From the IMG/VR virus record IMGVR_UViG_3300026512_000005, positions 32,001-96,000 of that record: a DNA stretch of 64,000 nucleotides; one strand, given 5' to 3'. The position numbers and the translations under genes were made by a program. This DNA comes from a virus. The notes below the pieces were generated by a model, which saw only the letters and a list, made by a program, of their open reading frames with translations, was not told where the DNA came from and did no database searches. This document shows, piece after piece, positions 37,687-47,817 of this stretch. The first letter of the stretch is position 1; each line of letters opens with the position of its first letter.

Positions 37687-39261
37687 TTATTTTTTTGTAT
37701 AAAGTCTTACGGACTCTTTAATAATATGTGAAACTGACGAACGAACTAACTCCATACCAAGTTCAGTATTAGCTGTTGCAATCGCCTTGTATTCTTTTAA
37801 AACTATCTCTTGATTTTTGTTAAAAGTAACCTGTACCGCTGAACCTATTTTCTCTGAAATAGGACTGGCTTTACCAAGTTTAGTAAGTGCCTTCTCAATA
37901 TTATCAGAAGCTTTATCCACCGTTTTTGAAGCTTTAGCAACAGTACTTGAATATTTATTTATTTTAGACTGTGCTTTCTTACCATACTCTTTAAGTCTTT
38001 TAGCAACCTGCATTGCATCTATAGGTTCCATAGGTTTAATTAACTCTTCATCTATAGTGATATCTTCAACGTCTGGTTTTACAGTTACCGTATGAAATTG
38101 TATACCATTATAAACTTTCTTAGTGTCATTAAGAAGTTTTGTTAATCCCTCTTTACCTTGGTTTTCATATTTGTTACCATCTGCGTCCTTACCATCTAAG
38201 AAATTCGTAACTAGTTCACCAGCATTATCTGTAAGTAATACAATCGAGATAACAGCCTTAGATGCCGTAATTGAAGCTACTCTAATAATACTAGAATATG
38301 CTTCAGAAATTTTATCTTCTACATCTGTACCTTTCACGCTCAGATCAACCCCATTTAATAACTCTGTATCACCAGCACTTGATAATTGTTTAAGTAGATG
38401 GTTTTCATCATTAGGGATTACCGTTGCACATATATCTACTATAACTGCTTTATACGCGGCCTTTATTTCATCTTCATTATCGGCGTTATCCGATGTTTCT
38501 GAAACAGGTTTAATAGTTTCAGAAAGCGTTGTAAGCTTCGCGTCTAAACCGTTTATAAAAGTAAGTGCACTATCAACATTTGTACCTATTGTAGGTTTAT
38601 CTAATAGTGAATCGATCACACGATATTGATCCATAAAGTAATCAGCATCAAGTTTATTATCATTTTGTAATGCGAAACCATAATGAGTAGCTAAACGCTT
38701 ACGCACATCCTCAGAAAAGTTGTCTTTTTTAAGTTCAGTACGTTTCTCTTTTTTAGCTTTTTCTAAAAGTTTAACAAGGTCAGAACCCGTATCTTCAGAT
38801 TTACCGAATAACCCTTTAATGAAATCCTCAACTTTGGCTAGAAGATTACGGATATATTCCCATACTTTTTTGGCAGTGGTTTTAACAGCATCCCACATAC
38901 TTTTGAATACATCACCAGCAGACTCAACACCAGCAGTAACAGATTCTGTACCTGCCTTAATAGAAGTAGCAGTAACGTTTTTACCAATAATGGCTAAACT
39001 TGTAGAAAGACTTTCCGCACCAGCTACTATAGCTGCATCAGCATCACCAGTTTTATCATAAATGGCAACAGATAACGCTTGACCACGTTCAATTGTGTCC
39101 ATAGCTGTACCAAGTAAATCTATTTTTAAAGATTCTCTTTCAAGACTCTCTGTACCAGCCTGTACTCCAGCAAATGCATCCAGTGCATTAAAATCGTCTG
39201 ATCTAAAATTACCACGTGTGCTTGACTCTGTACCAAGTTTAATATCTAATCCATTTATCAT
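37687..39261 (-). CDS. Internal head / ejection protein (phiKZ gp93-97-like family)
   Basis: Propeptide with five G-x-E|S sites, followed by an amphipathic helix 'FKSMWDAVK..AKKVWEYIRNLL'. Confidence 0.75.
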   Translation of the reverse strand: MINGLDIKLGTESSTRGNFRSDDFNALDAFAGVQAGTESLERESLKIDLLGTAMDTIERGQALSVAIYDKTGDADAAIVAGAESLSTSLAIIGKNVTATSIKAGTESVTAGVESAGDVFKSMWDAVKTTAKKVWEYIRNLLAKVEDFIKGLFGKSEDTGSDLVKLLEKAKKEKRTELKKDNFSEDVRKRLATHYGFALQNDNKLDADYFMDQYRVIDSLLDKPTIGTNVDSALTFINGLDAKLTTLSETIKPVSETSDNADNEDEIKAAYKAVIVDICATVIPNDENHLLKQLSSAGDTELLNGVDLSVKGTDVEDKISEAYSSIIRVASITASKAVISIVLLTDNAGELVTNFLDGKDADGNKYENQGKEGLTKLLNDTKKVYNGIQFHTVTVKPDVEDITIDEELIKPMEPIDAMQVAKRLKEYGKKAQSKINKYSSTVAKASKTVDKASDNIEKALTKLGKASPISEKIGSAVQVTFNKNQEIVLKEYKAIATANTELGMELVRSSVSHIIKESVRLYTKK

Positions 39262-39386
39262 TTGTTCTCCCTAAAGAATAATATTTTTTTTATTGTGAAC
39301 TTCTATGTTCATGTGTCATACATAGTAACACATTACTGTTTAACATTTTCTCAAGTAATGAGGTTAATGTATATTTTTTTACTATG

Positions 39387-41267
39387 TTATTCTGCGATAC
39401 CGGTTTCCGATAAAGCACTAACATTTATCATTTTATCTAATAAACGTTTTAGATCATCTTTTATAATTATAGTATTATTAGCCACAAAGAAACTAATGAC
39501 ATTTTTATTGTTAGCAGTGAGGTTATTAATATAATTACTAAGACTATTAGCAAACTCTGTTAATTCCTTTCTGTTCTTAACATACTTACCATCTTTGGTT
39601 TTATTATCTTTACTAGTACGCTCTATAATCACATCTAATGTAAGTTTAAACTTGTCAATTATTTTCTTACTGGCTTCTAGACGTTCAACTCGTTTCTTAG
39701 AATCTTCTTTAAAAACTTTTACTTTCTTCTCTATACTATTATAGATATCATCGATACACCCCTCTACTTTATTAAGTTCTAATTTAACTTCTACCTCACT
39801 AAGTCTCATGATAGGATTTATATCTGTTTCACGTGCAATCTCTTGTATTTCATCGCCATAAACAGAAACTATATTAAATTTAGTTGTTCTAATATTAAAG
39901 TTTTTAAATACTTCTTTTATAAGAATTGAAATTATGTATAATACTTGGTGTATAGGTGCATCTGTTTTATTAACAGATAAAGGTATTTTCGATTCTGTCG
40001 AAATGCGTTCTATGTTTGTACCAAATTTTTCATACAGTTGATTGATTTCTTCTTCAGTACGTTCACCACTACTTACAGGAGCTGCATCTTCTATTATATG
40101 TTCTAGTTCATTTACCAGTTTACCATACTCTTTAAAACGTTCCTTGGCTTTAGGTAGGGTTGTCACAAAAATTTCATCAGTACTATGTCCAACGATGGTG
40201 TAGTCTAAATCTTCGAGGGAAGATACCTTACTCAAAACTTTTATGAAATCATGTTCATACAAGTCAAATTCATCTCGTGTTTCGTTATAATATTTATCAG
40301 CTTCAGAATTACTAAAGACAGTTATAATGTGTCGTATGACATCAAGTATACCGCCATTCTCAGTAATACCCATTTCATATAGTGTGGTTATTCTTGCTTC
40401 TTTAGACGTGATGTCATTTTTTGTAGCTTTATCTAGGATAGTGAGGAATTTACCATATAGACTAAGGAAGTCTTTACCACTCTCTATATCCTTCGTAATA
40501 ATAGTCTCAGTGCTATCAAGAATTTTAAATGCCTCGAATGATTGGTCAAAACTAAATATCCTATCTATGTTGTTATTAAAGTCTGTAAGAAACTTTATTA
40601 TATCAGAATAATTTAGCTCACCGTTAGTAATCCCATCATTTACTATAAAAAGAGCTGGTATATTGGCCAAGAACTTTTTGGTTTCTTTTAGATTAACCTC
40701 TAAGTCATTTTTAATATTGGCTTTGAAGTTAGTACCCATTTTATTGGCATTGGTTCTATCTACGATTATTTGTTCTTTAACTTCAGTGTACTTATCTTTT
40801 AATGACTTCGTCTTATTATTCTTTTCATCTTCTTTTTTCTCTTTAAAGAAACTTGTAAAGAAGTCGACTATACCCTCTATTAGCTTTGTTAGTAAATCGA
40901 CAATTTTACTAATAATACTGGCTATTGCATCGAAAATAGCTTGTATAAAATTACTAATACTATCCATTATAGATTCCGTGCCGGCGGTTATGTTAGTATT
41001 AGGATTAAAGTATTGACTATAATCCATACCAGTTAATGTGGCAACGGTTTCCATAGTATCTGTTACCTGATTTATTATATATGGTTTACCGTTACTGATA
41101 CAAGTATTAGTATAGTTTAGAGCTTGTTCACTTACTTCGATACCTTTTACCAGTATACTGGCCTCTGTCTCTGCCTGATGTATAACCGTTGATAGTCGAG
41201 TAATATGTTCATATTTTTCTAAAAGGGTTTTTTCATAACCCTCATCCTGTTTAGTAACTACTATCAT
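39387..41267 (-). CDS. Internal head / ejection protein paralogue
   Basis: AGTE|S followed by an amphipathic helix 'ISNFIQAIFDAIASIISKIVD'. Confidence 0.7.
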   Translation of the reverse strand: MIVVTKQDEGYEKTLLEKYEHITRLSTVIHQAETEASILVKGIEVSEQALNYTNTCISNGKPYIINQVTDTMETVATLTGMDYSQYFNPNTNITAGTESIMDSISNFIQAIFDAIASIISKIVDLLTKLIEGIVDFFTSFFKEKKEDEKNNKTKSLKDKYTEVKEQIIVDRTNANKMGTNFKANIKNDLEVNLKETKKFLANIPALFIVNDGITNGELNYSDIIKFLTDFNNNIDRIFSFDQSFEAFKILDSTETIITKDIESGKDFLSLYGKFLTILDKATKNDITSKEARITTLYEMGITENGGILDVIRHIITVFSNSEADKYYNETRDEFDLYEHDFIKVLSKVSSLEDLDYTIVGHSTDEIFVTTLPKAKERFKEYGKLVNELEHIIEDAAPVSSGERTEEEINQLYEKFGTNIERISTESKIPLSVNKTDAPIHQVLYIISILIKEVFKNFNIRTTKFNIVSVYGDEIQEIARETDINPIMRLSEVEVKLELNKVEGCIDDIYNSIEKKVKVFKEDSKKRVERLEASKKIIDKFKLTLDVIIERTSKDNKTKDGKYVKNRKELTEFANSLSNYINNLTANNKNVISFFVANNTIIIKDDLKRLLDKMINVSALSETGIAE

Positions 41268-41276
41268 ATACCACTC

Positions 41277-42212
41277 CTAATTTTGTTCTCTGATTTTCTC
41301 TATCTTAAGTTTTAGCTTGTTCACTTTAGTTTCATAATACGCTATAGCTTTAGATACCTCAGCATTAGGTGTATTGCTATTTTGGTTACGTAATTCCAAT
41401 AAACGTAATTCCAATAGCTGTACGTCTTCTTTATATCCTTCCAAACGCAGTACTTGCATATCTATTAGAAATATTCTTAGATGATAAATGGGATTACCTA
41501 TAAAGTTACGCGAGATATCAGCGTGTGCCTTTCTTTCTTCTTTAAATTTAAAATAACCCATAAAACGTTTAGTTAAAGTTTGTGTATAGAAGTCTTTTAT
41601 ACCAAAACTGTCTGAGAAAAAGTCCATAACTAAGTCAACAGGTATAGTAGATTCATCTTCTTGTTTAAGTGTTTTAATAGTAGGTATGTTACCTATCGTT
41701 TTAACGACTTTATCTAAATCAGATTTCTCCAACTCAGGAATCATTTTGATTAACGTCATTAACTTATTAGCATTTTTAAGTTTGACACCTTTTTCTAAAT
41801 CTGAGTCTGACTTAGTATAAAAGGTTGCTATTATATATGCAAATACTTCTAATATCTCTATAGAAAGGAAAATACCCTCACTAACTAAAGCTAACGCAAT
41901 TTTACTATTAAGATTATGCGTGTTAGATGTAATAGTATCTGGTAGTTCCTCAGCTACTCTCTGTTTTAAGTCTGAAAGTATGTGTTTATACTTAGATACA
42001 ATATTATCAACTCTCTTAAAGAAATCTGAATCAGATTTTAATTTCAATTGTGAAAATAGAATATTATCAGATAACTCGTCATGTGTAGTAGCTTCTTTTT
42101 GTAACCCATCGAGAGCTGGTAATACCTCTTTAACAATACTACGTTCTATATTATCTATCATATCCAAAAGGTCATCTCTTTTAAATATTGTTGTATGTAA
42201 TTTGTATTTCAA
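41277..42212 (-). CDS. Inner-body/head protein (phiKZ gp90-like)
   Basis: C-terminal 'GNPIYHLR...LELRLLEL...I.YYE' coiled coil; TTG start with an AAGGA SD. Confidence 0.65.
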   Translation of the reverse strand: MKYKLHTTIFKRDDLLDMIDNIERSIVKEVLPALDGLQKEATTHDELSDNILFSQLKLKSDSDFFKRVDNIVSKYKHILSDLKQRVAEELPDTITSNTHNLNSKIALALVSEGIFLSIEILEVFAYIIATFYTKSDSDLEKGVKLKNANKLMTLIKMIPELEKSDLDKVVKTIGNIPTIKTLKQEDESTIPVDLVMDFFSDSFGIKDFYTQTLTKRFMGYFKFKEERKAHADISRNFIGNPIYHLRIFLIDMQVLRLEGYKEDVQLLELRLLELRNQNSNTPNAEVSKAIAYYETKVNKLKLKIEKIREQN

Positions 42213-42221
42213 TTCTTATCC

Positions 42222-43316
42222 TTAAAATGGTGATTTATTCTGCATAAGTTCTTTAACAACTTTTGATATGTCCGAGTCTTTCTCTTTCTTAAGCATCGCG
42301 AAAGATAAAACACTGAAACCTGGAATACTATCTATGAAGTATGTTAGTTCTTCCCTTTCAACATCTACAAATGTGATACTGAATGCCATAAGGTCATCTG
42401 CTAATTTGTCCTTGTACAAGTCTTTGTGGACATTACCCTTTAATAACTTATTAACTGTAGTTTCATATTCGCTACTAAATAAATAGATATTAAAATTTTT
42501 ACTAAATGAGTTTTGATTATGTAGTAAATCTTTAAATGTAGACACCTTGTCGGTCTTGTTTAGATACTTAGCAAAGTCATTACTGTTGGTAAGTTTATGG
42601 TTCTTGTATTCTTTAACCAAACTAGTTGCGGTTATAATGTCCATGAATGATTTTAAACCCGCTTTATAATCGTTTATAACATCAGATAAATATTTACCAT
42701 TGTTACTTGCTATACGATTGTGTATTAGCGTATGTACATTTGTAAACGTAATATTCGGATATATGATAACTGGTATAACTAATACTCTAGCGTCACCACT
42801 ACCATTACTAAAACTAACCTGTACTTCATAAGTGTTAATAAAACTCGCTACATCTTTCTGTATAGCCAAGTTATTATCAACTGTTTTATTGGATGCTTCT
42901 GTAGCTGGTAACAATGTGTTACTATTTAATAAATCACTTACATAGTCAAATGACTCTATACCTGCCTTATAAAGTTCATATGCTTTATTAGCACTATCAT
43001 ATGGGTTTATCTTATTAATAGCAATCATTGGCTCAACATTATGCATTTCTACCATAACACGAATAGCCTGTGTTACTATTCCTGTAAAAGTCATCATCTG
43101 TGTTTTAACTAAATCCTTAAATACGGTATTATCCATATACTTAAGTTTATCATCAACAACCACATTCGGAGTTATAATAAATTTAGACATCATCTTAGTA
43201 ATTTTACCACTACTAACTATATCTGGTGCTAAATCTAACACATTCTCTTTCTCTTCATAAATGTTTTTAACGAGATTACCTATAACAAACATACCATTTT
43301 TAATTCCACTGGCCAT
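42222..43316 (-). CDS. Inner-body/head protein (phiKZ gp89-like)
   Basis: Start moved to ATG 43316 (AAGGAG SD); AGIE|S site; synteny. Confidence 0.6.
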   Translation of the reverse strand: MASGIKNGMFVIGNLVKNIYEEKENVLDLAPDIVSSGKITKMMSKFIITPNVVVDDKLKYMDNTVFKDLVKTQMMTFTGIVTQAIRVMVEMHNVEPMIAINKINPYDSANKAYELYKAGIESFDYVSDLLNSNTLLPATEASNKTVDNNLAIQKDVASFINTYEVQVSFSNGSGDARVLVIPVIIYPNITFTNVHTLIHNRIASNNGKYLSDVINDYKAGLKSFMDIITATSLVKEYKNHKLTNSNDFAKYLNKTDKVSTFKDLLHNQNSFSKNFNIYLFSSEYETTVNKLLKGNVHKDLYKDKLADDLMAFSITFVDVEREELTYFIDSIPGFSVLSFAMLKKEKDSDISKVVKELMQNKSPF

Positions 43317-43411
43317 TACGACTCCTTGTTTTAAACTAATAAATTTCATTTTAATAGGTGGGTTATAATGATTTTATCTTGATTATATTAATACTTAGGA
43401 GTATATACAAG

Positions 43412-44494
43412 ATGAAAATTAATTTAAACATAGATGATTACATGGAAGCATCTGGTGTTACCGACATGTCTAGAGTTGTTTCCAATACTCTCTATGGATT
43501 TAAACACAACAATCACTTACCAATGATACCATCTAATAAAGATTATAATGGACACGTATTTTTCACAAGACCACAATTAAATCTTACAGATAGGAATTTA
43601 AAGAAGATACGACACATGTATAAATTTCTTAATAAGGAGAAGTTATCTATACAACGTACTGTTAGGTGTTTATTAGACCCAAGGTTACAGTACGGCGTTA
43701 GTCACCCTATGTATAAACAGGATAAGTTAAGTGCACCATTAGTAGACCAATTTAGTCCGTTCATACCTGTCATGTCTAATACAATAAAAACACTATCAGG
43801 ATGGCCTGATATAACTACTCCTACATATACAAGTAGTGCTGGTCTACGTAAGGAACAGTGGGCAATGGTTGATGGTACATACGAAGTAAATGATGTATTT
43901 GAATTAAATGCTGTATTTATGAACTTTGTTAATGAACCTATAAGTACGATAATGGAATTATGGAACAGGTACCCATCATTGGTTTTTGAAGGTTCATTAT
44001 ATCCTTATATAGATTTCATACTAGAGAATGAATTTGATTACAATACAAGAATTTACAGATTTATAACTGATGAAAATGGTATAATAAAAAAGTCTGCCGC
44101 TACTGGTGCATCTTTTCCATTGGGTGAACCTACTGGGAAAGCTTTCGACCTTACATATGGTAAAAGTTATAGTGAGCAAAATAAAGATATAACAGTTAAG
44201 TTTGTATGCATGGGTGCTAACTATAATGATGATATTACTCTATTAGAGTTTAATAAAACCGCTGCTATTTTTAATACAGATGTAAGACAATATTTACAAG
44301 GCGACACTTCTCATATGGAGGTAATTCCAAGAGATCTTTTACAGGCTTTTGAGAATAGAGGGTACCCTATTGTAGATTTGGATACATATGAACTAAAATG
44401 GATAATTAATAAGAATGATAAAACTTATAAACGTGTAATGAGTATATTAAAAGATAATGACGAATTATCTAAAATAGATAGACCTATATATTAA
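43412..44494 (+). CDS. Virion structural protein (phiKZ gp88-like, baseplate/tube-related)
   Basis: Start moved to ATG 43412; 'G.VFFTRPQLNL', 'LSGWPD', 'DYNTRIYR' and 'GYP' motifs. Confidence 0.7.
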   Translation: MKINLNIDDYMEASGVTDMSRVVSNTLYGFKHNNHLPMIPSNKDYNGHVFFTRPQLNLTDRNLKKIRHMYKFLNKEKLSIQRTVRCLLDPRLQYGVSHPMYKQDKLSAPLVDQFSPFIPVMSNTIKTLSGWPDITTPTYTSSAGLRKEQWAMVDGTYEVNDVFELNAVFMNFVNEPISTIMELWNRYPSLVFEGSLYPYIDFILENEFDYNTRIYRFITDENGIIKKSAATGASFPLGEPTGKAFDLTYGKSYSEQNKDITVKFVCMGANYNDDITLLEFNKTAAIFNTDVRQYLQGDTSHMEVIPRDLLQAFENRGYPIVDLDTYELKWIINKNDKTYKRVMSILKDNDELSKIDRPIY

Positions 44495-44506
44495 AAAAGG
44501 ATAGTT

Positions 44507-47344
44507 ATGAATAAACATGAACAACTTATGAAGGAATTACAGGTAGCTGTGTATGACCCAAATATAATACAGATAAAAAGTTTAAAATTATTACAAGCAC
44601 AGTTGAATGGCGAATGTAATATACCTGATGCCACTAATCCGTTTATATTCCTTATGGAGAATAACGCAATGGTAACAAGTGCCGCAGTACATGAAACTGC
44701 AGTTAATTTTAGACGAACCTATCCAGAATTGGCAACCAGTAAAACCGATCTATATGGACATATAAATACTAACGAGGTTAATAATATATTTGCCGGACCC
44801 AGTAAGGCTATGTTTAATATATATCTAGGTGCAGATGAAATAATGAAGTTCGGTAAAATCACTGGTACATTTAGTAGCATTATAGTCCCTAAGTTCAGTA
44901 ATATAACTGTTGATGAAATAACATTTACTTTATTAAATGATTTACAGATTTACCTATATAGTAATGGTAAAACTTTTGCCAAATACACTTATAACAACAT
45001 AGAAATAGGTGTTAATACAGATAACATTTTAAAGTCTACATTGGTAAGTGATAAAAACGGTAAAAAATGGTTAATGGTTGAGTTGGAAATACAGCAACTT
45101 AAGCGTTACACTTTCAGAGAAACACTTATGAACAGTGTACCATTTAATACAACATTTAACCTAGGTGATGATGAAAGATTCACATATATAGAAACTAGGA
45201 GCCTTAACAAACAAACCAGTGAAGTTATTAGATTACATACGACATTTAGTCAGTTTGTTTATAATCCCGACGTACCTACTATGATCATAAAACCAGATAA
45301 CAATAAAATTAATTTGGAACTACCGGTTACTTATACTCTTAATAAATTAATCTCTAGCTTTATAGATGTAGAACTTTTTACCACACTAGGTAAAAGGATA
45401 ATACCTCTTAATAAATATGACACACTTGATTATGTTTTTAAAGTGGTGTTACCTAATACAACAGATGAGTCAATTATAGGTATAAACAACATACCTATAA
45501 AAGTTAATTCTAACAGCTATACATATGGTGGGCAAGATGAGATAACCTTTAAATCACTTAAAAATAAAGTAATGAACTATGCTACTGGTGATAATAACTT
45601 ACCTATAACTACACATGAGATTAAAAGTAGAGTTGAAGAGTATGGTTATAAATTTAAACGCATAAATACATCCATACTTAAAAGTGAAGTTTTAATTACT
45701 AAAGATATAGGTGCGTTAGATTATGACCTAAAAACTAACTTAACCCTGATATCTGGAGATATTACAATTAAACCTGCCGATGTTACAAGTAGTAAAATAC
45801 ATATTATTAGTTCTACTAAGTTATCTATAGAGCCATTTCAGTTATTTAAGAATGTGAATGGTACAACTATACCGTTAAATGATGTAGAAAGAATTAAAGT
45901 TACTGAAGATGCTAAATCTAATATATCCGAGTATAATAAACAGAAGATATATTTTAACTTATATAAATATGTACTAGACTATAGTAGCCTTGTTAACGTA
46001 CGTGTGTACGATGTTAACCAGCCAACTTTGAATAATGCCACTACGTTATATAACAGTAGTGAACTATATACCCCATTTGTCATTACAAAACGTAACCTAG
46101 TGAACGTCGGTGGTAACTATAAAATTATCTATAACATAGTACCTAACAGTGAGATAGATAAGTTAGATCTAGATAAATTATTTGTTCAACTTTATATACC
46201 GTTAGGTACTAATGAAAAAATATATTTTAAAGGTACATTCCACCGTACTGAAACAGACCTAGTGATGACCATAAACTTAAAACTTAGTTATTATATAGAT
46301 AAAGATAATAAGACAATGATAAGTACTGATGTCGGCGTTATTCGTAATGCCTATATAGATATTATCGCCCAAGGTAATATAACAATTTATAGTGTCGACC
46401 AAGCTATGGTTACAAGTAGTAATATTAACCCTCCTGAAGTGGTTATTGATGAAAGTACTTTTGTAGTTTATAGTGAACATTTTAACTTAACATTTGCCAA
46501 GAGTTTAGAACACCTATTTGTCAGCTATGCATTGGAGTATACCGATAGAAAATTTAAAACTTATGATAAAGATGTTTATAAGACATATGATGCTGATGTC
46601 TATGAAACTGATGAAACTGGTACCATAAAAATAACTAAAACAAATGATAATGATGTAATCTTTAACATCCTACATAAAAAAGGCGATGTAATGATGTATA
46701 GTGATAAACCTATTATTGTACACAAAAAAGGCGATATAATGCTAGATAGTGATATGATGCCTATTGTGGATCACATTTTAGGTATTAGTCACAAACTTAA
46801 CATATTACTAATGGAAGATCATTTCCTACGCACTACTAATGACATATATAAACGCTATCGTATAGATTACTTTATTAGGTTAACAGATATCATAACTAAA
46901 GAATTAGAACCGATTGATAAAGAACTGTTGGACAATACTGCTATTAAGTTCTCACCTAATGTAAGTCTTAGTGATGTCTATATAGAGACTAATGGTGAAA
47001 TTAAAAGTTACACTAACCAGATAAGTCCTACTATCAATATCTACTTAGGCAATGAAACCAGTTTAGAGGTAACCGATGAATTAGGAAAACGTTTATATAA
47101 CTATCTACAATCTAGATTGTACGAAAATGTAACTATACGCTCTATTGAAGATGGTCTAACTAAATTAATCGATACAGATATACTGACGATAAAGTTAACA
47201 GATGTAACCCCAGATAATAACCTTAACATTCTGAATTATACCATGGAGAGTAGTAAGTTTATTATAAATAAAACTTTGACATTCTTAGAAGATAGTACAC
47301 TTATAGTAAAACCAGAACTAAAGATAAACTTAATAACTATATAG
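44507..47344 (+). CDS. Virion structural protein (phiKZ gp87-like; baseplate wedge-like)
   Basis: 945 aa; 'DATNPFIFLME', 'YPELA...DLY.H', 'GG.DE' and tandem 'HKKGD' motifs. Confidence 0.7.
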   Translation: MNKHEQLMKELQVAVYDPNIIQIKSLKLLQAQLNGECNIPDATNPFIFLMENNAMVTSAAVHETAVNFRRTYPELATSKTDLYGHINTNEVNNIFAGPSKAMFNIYLGADEIMKFGKITGTFSSIIVPKFSNITVDEITFTLLNDLQIYLYSNGKTFAKYTYNNIEIGVNTDNILKSTLVSDKNGKKWLMVELEIQQLKRYTFRETLMNSVPFNTTFNLGDDERFTYIETRSLNKQTSEVIRLHTTFSQFVYNPDVPTMIIKPDNNKINLELPVTYTLNKLISSFIDVELFTTLGKRIIPLNKYDTLDYVFKVVLPNTTDESIIGINNIPIKVNSNSYTYGGQDEITFKSLKNKVMNYATGDNNLPITTHEIKSRVEEYGYKFKRINTSILKSEVLITKDIGALDYDLKTNLTLISGDITIKPADVTSSKIHIISSTKLSIEPFQLFKNVNGTTIPLNDVERIKVTEDAKSNISEYNKQKIYFNLYKYVLDYSSLVNVRVYDVNQPTLNNATTLYNSSELYTPFVITKRNLVNVGGNYKIIYNIVPNSEIDKLDLDKLFVQLYIPLGTNEKIYFKGTFHRTETDLVMTINLKLSYYIDKDNKTMISTDVGVIRNAYIDIIAQGNITIYSVDQAMVTSSNINPPEVVIDESTFVVYSEHFNLTFAKSLEHLFVSYALEYTDRKFKTYDKDVYKTYDADVYETDETGTIKITKTNDNDVIFNILHKKGDVMMYSDKPIIVHKKGDIMLDSDMMPIVDHILGISHKLNILLMEDHFLRTTNDIYKRYRIDYFIRLTDIITKELEPIDKELLDNTAIKFSPNVSLSDVYIETNGEIKSYTNQISPTINIYLGNETSLEVTDELGKRLYNYLQSRLYENVTIRSIEDGLTKLIDTDILTIKLTDVTPDNNLNILNYTMESSKFIINKTLTFLEDSTLIVKPELKINLITI

Positions 47345-47371
47345 ATAGGACATATGTCCTATCTATATAGT
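47336..47371. terminator. Perfect 36-bp palindrome between convergent genes
   Basis: ACTATATAGATAGGACAT|ATGTCCTATCTATATAGT. Confidence 0.7.
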
Positions 47372-47814
47372 GTTATTTTTGTACCGGATGTTACGTAATC
47401 AATCTCTTCCTTGGTTAATCCACGTATACCAGTAGACAATAGTTGTAAAGCACTAAGTTTACCAGCTTCTAGTTCATGACGTTGTAACAACATATTTTCT
47501 AACTTCTTGACAGAAGTTTCTATGTTAACAACGATCACTTCATTAATATAGTTAACTAAACGGCGTGCTGTATTTTGTATAACCTGATGTATCTCAGTAT
47601 CAGCATCATCGTTCTGAAATTTAAACTTAATGAAATCTGTATCGAATGCCATAAAGGCTAGTAATGCAGTTATCACATGAGCACGATGTTCAGGATTGTT
47701 CAATTCACCATATGAATTAACATTTAATCGTTTTACACTAGCTATAAACTCGTCCTCTATGCTATTTAGATTAGCCGTTACGTTAAGTTGGTTTTCTGTT
47801 ATTTGTAAAGTCAT
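47359..47814 (-). CDS. Hypothetical protein
   Basis: 151-aa ORF. Confidence 0.5.
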   Translation of the reverse strand: MTLQITENQLNVTANLNSIEDEFIASVKRLNVNSYGELNNPEHRAHVITALLAFMAFDTDFIKFKFQNDDADTEIHQVIQNTARRLVNYINEVIVVNIETSVKKLENMLLQRHELEAGKLSALQLLSTGIRGLTKEEIDYVTSGTKITLYR

Positions 47815-47817
47815 TTA